The translations under genes were made by a program, and so were the position numbers. Shown here in pieces: positions 61,031 to 64,000 of a stretch of DNA of 64,000 nt. The notes under the pieces were generated by a model. The model had not been told where the DNA came from and made no database searches. It saw nothing but the letters and a program-made list of their open reading frames with translations. Source of the DNA: the human T2T-CHM13v2.0 reference genome, Homo sapiens; assembly GCF_009914755.1 (NCBI RefSeq), contig NC_060930.1. One strand, written 5' to 3'. Within the stretch, counting starts at the first letter, position 1. Each line of letters begins with the position of its first letter.

Positions 61031-62713
61031 TGTCACATTTGGGAACCATTTTAAGAAGTTCTTCCACATTATACTTCTCCAACTTCATTTTAATATCACT
61101 TCTAACTCCCTAATCATCTAGCCAAACCATTAACCTCAGACTCTTTTTTTTTTTTTTTTTTTTTGAGATGGAGTCTCGCTCTGTCACCCAGGCCGGAGTG
61201 CAGTGGCGCGATCTCAGCTCCCTGCAAGCTCTGCCTCCCAGGTTCACGCAGCTGGAACTACAGGTGCGTGCCGCCATGCCTGGCTAATTTTTTTGGGGTT
61301 TTTTTTGTATTTTTTAGTAGAGACGGGGTTTCACCATGCTAGGCAGGATGATCTCGATCTCCTGACCTCGTGATCCACCTGCCTCGGCCTCCCAAAGTGC
61401 TGGGATTACAGGCATGAGCCACCGGGCCCGGCCAAATCAGTGTAGACTCTTAACCTGTTTCTCCTTCTGGGAAAACTGGTCAGGTAGTTGTATTTCTTGA
61501 AGTCCTGACTATCCTCAGTGTCCTTCAGGGTCACCCTTGATTGGGGGCCACAGTATCACAGCAGCCCATTTCTTTCTAATGCCAGCACATTAGGTGAAGA
61601 CAGCTACAAACTAATCATGACTTTATTCCACTGCAGTCTGGTAACAAGGCCCATTTCATTGGTTATAGTGGTAGATGAAATAGCAATGCAGCAGAAGTAG
61701 TGGTGTGGGTGCTAGGAGCCATTTGTGTTTTCAGGATCTGCTGTGGCCTCATTTTGTGTATGTCATTTCTACTTGATAATGGATCCATGTCCTAGGTATG
61801 AACCAGCTTTATACCTAGGAAGACCAGATGATAGCCAGTTCATGATTATGCTGTGATCATGCTGGGTTCCATGATCATGCTGTGTCCGTGGCCCAGCAGC
61901 AAGCTGAGAGCTGATTCTCAAAGAGAGAATATTTACCTGCCAAAAGGCATGCTCAGAGGGCCTCTGCTATGATTATTCTATCAGGACATGCCATAGATGA
62001 TAAAGTACCTCAGTCTGCCACAAACACTTTGAACATTATAAGGATCGCAAGGACTAAATTGCACTGCAGACTGGACCAGCTGGAGAACCTTTTCTTCCTC
62101 TGAATCTCACTCAAGTATGGCTTCATTTCAAGTGACCAGGTAAGGAGGTCAGAGCAGTAACCCAAATATGATCAATGTTGTCTCTAAATTCACCTAAGTG
62201 ATGTGACTCTTTTGGTTTAGGGGTAGGTAGCACAAGTAAAGCAACTTGTCCTTCATTTTGAAGGGAGCACCTGTATGCAAGATCACTAAACATCAAGAAA
62301 TATCAGTGAAGTGAAAAGCCTTTGTACTTGAACCTCCCTACCTTCCGGTATACATATATTTCCTAAAGCGTGTAAGATACTTGCTATTTTTTACTCCATA
62401 TGCCCTATTAGTTTGATGTCATGAGTTCAGTGGGCCAGCATATCTTGTGAGATGGTAAGATGGGTCAGGATCCCTATGTGCTAACTTGTAGCAGAGTCAG
62501 AAAGTTCATGTAACCATGAGACAGTGTAGATTGATGTGTGTTATATCTGTTGTTTTCTGCTATTAAGCCAAAGAAAAATACTTCACTGGATTAATGTCTT
62601 CCTTTTCAATTGCATTTATTTGTTTATTTATTTATTTTACCTTCTTGCCTTCATCAATGTCTTGTTTGTATTTCGTACTTTTCTCTCTCTCTCTCTCTTT
62701 CTCTTTCTTTTCA

Positions 62714-63185
<472 letters not shown>

Positions 63186-64000
63186 TAGATGTAACCATTC
63201 TTCTGACTTCTAATATCCTTGATCAGTTTTTCTGATTCTTGAACTTCATACACTGGCAGTGTATAAGCACTATACCTGCTCCAGATTCTTGCCAAATATT
63301 GGTATTGTCAGGTTTTCTTTTTAATGTAAGCCTTTCTAGTAGATGTAGTACTGTTCTGTGTTTTCTTAGATTCAATTCTGTATTTGTGTATTTGGTATCC
63401 ATTAATCATAGGGCCAAACTGCCAGCCAAAGTTGTTTACATGTCCCCTGGATCCAGCTTTCACAAGCACACAAAAATCCTCCAACAAATCCTGACATAGA
63501 AAACTGTGTTTTCTTAGCAGATGTGATCGTATAGTTTTGTAACCTCATTACTATTATAAATGTAAATAATTCTCATACTTTCTCACCTCTGGAGGGAGCT
63601 TCTTTCACAGTTATTCTTGTTCTTTGGCAGCAGTTTAAATGAGGCCAGACTCAATCTCTTTTTGAAAATAAACCTAGCAGAGTTAGGGGTCTTTAGGTTT
63701 TCCATCATGCCAATCACTCTCTTCTCATTTGAAGAGACAGTATGAATACTATAAGTATTCACAAACATAGAAATACTGGGCCAGGTGCAGTGGCTCACAC
63801 TTGTAATCCCAGCACTTTGGGAGGCCAAGGTGGGTGGATCACCTGAGGTCAGGAGTTCGAGACCAGCTTGACCAATATGGTGAAACCTTATCTTTACTAA
63901 AAATACAAAAATTAGCCGTGCATGGTGGTGCCTGCCTGTAATCCCAGCTACTCAGGTGGCTGAGGCCCGAGAATCACTTGAACCTGAGAGGCAGAGGTTG

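Overview
Primate genomic DNA, almost certainly human (Alu-dense, HERV-H LTR7; recalled locus 6p21.1). It contains the complete ZNF318 gene on the minus strand. I traced 10 GT-AG coding exons from the ATG at 46277 to the TAA at 14072; they splice in frame to 2279 aa with two U1/matrin-type C2H2 fingers. The gene has a CpG-island promoter (~45.6-47.0 kb) and a distal poly(A) signal at 12996-13001. A downstream alternative exon (8615-8769) encodes the short-isoform C-terminus. Also present: processed pseudogenes of RPL34 (4918-5425) and RPS2 (40329-41260, antisense in intron 2), a solo LTR7 just beyond the promoter, several MLT1/ERVL remnants, old L1/L2/MIR/MER5 fragments and roughly 55-60 Alus. 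I see no clearly new gene system. The best leads are a three-way RNA-processing switch after the first zinc-finger exon (long form, candidate 128-nt poison exon, short form that is either polyadenylated or NMD-targeted), a divergent YY1/ATG unit running into an LTR7 whose poly(A) signal has become a splice donor, and several template-switch hairpins and serial Alu insertion sites. Repeat subfamily names and boundaries were judged by eye and are approximate.
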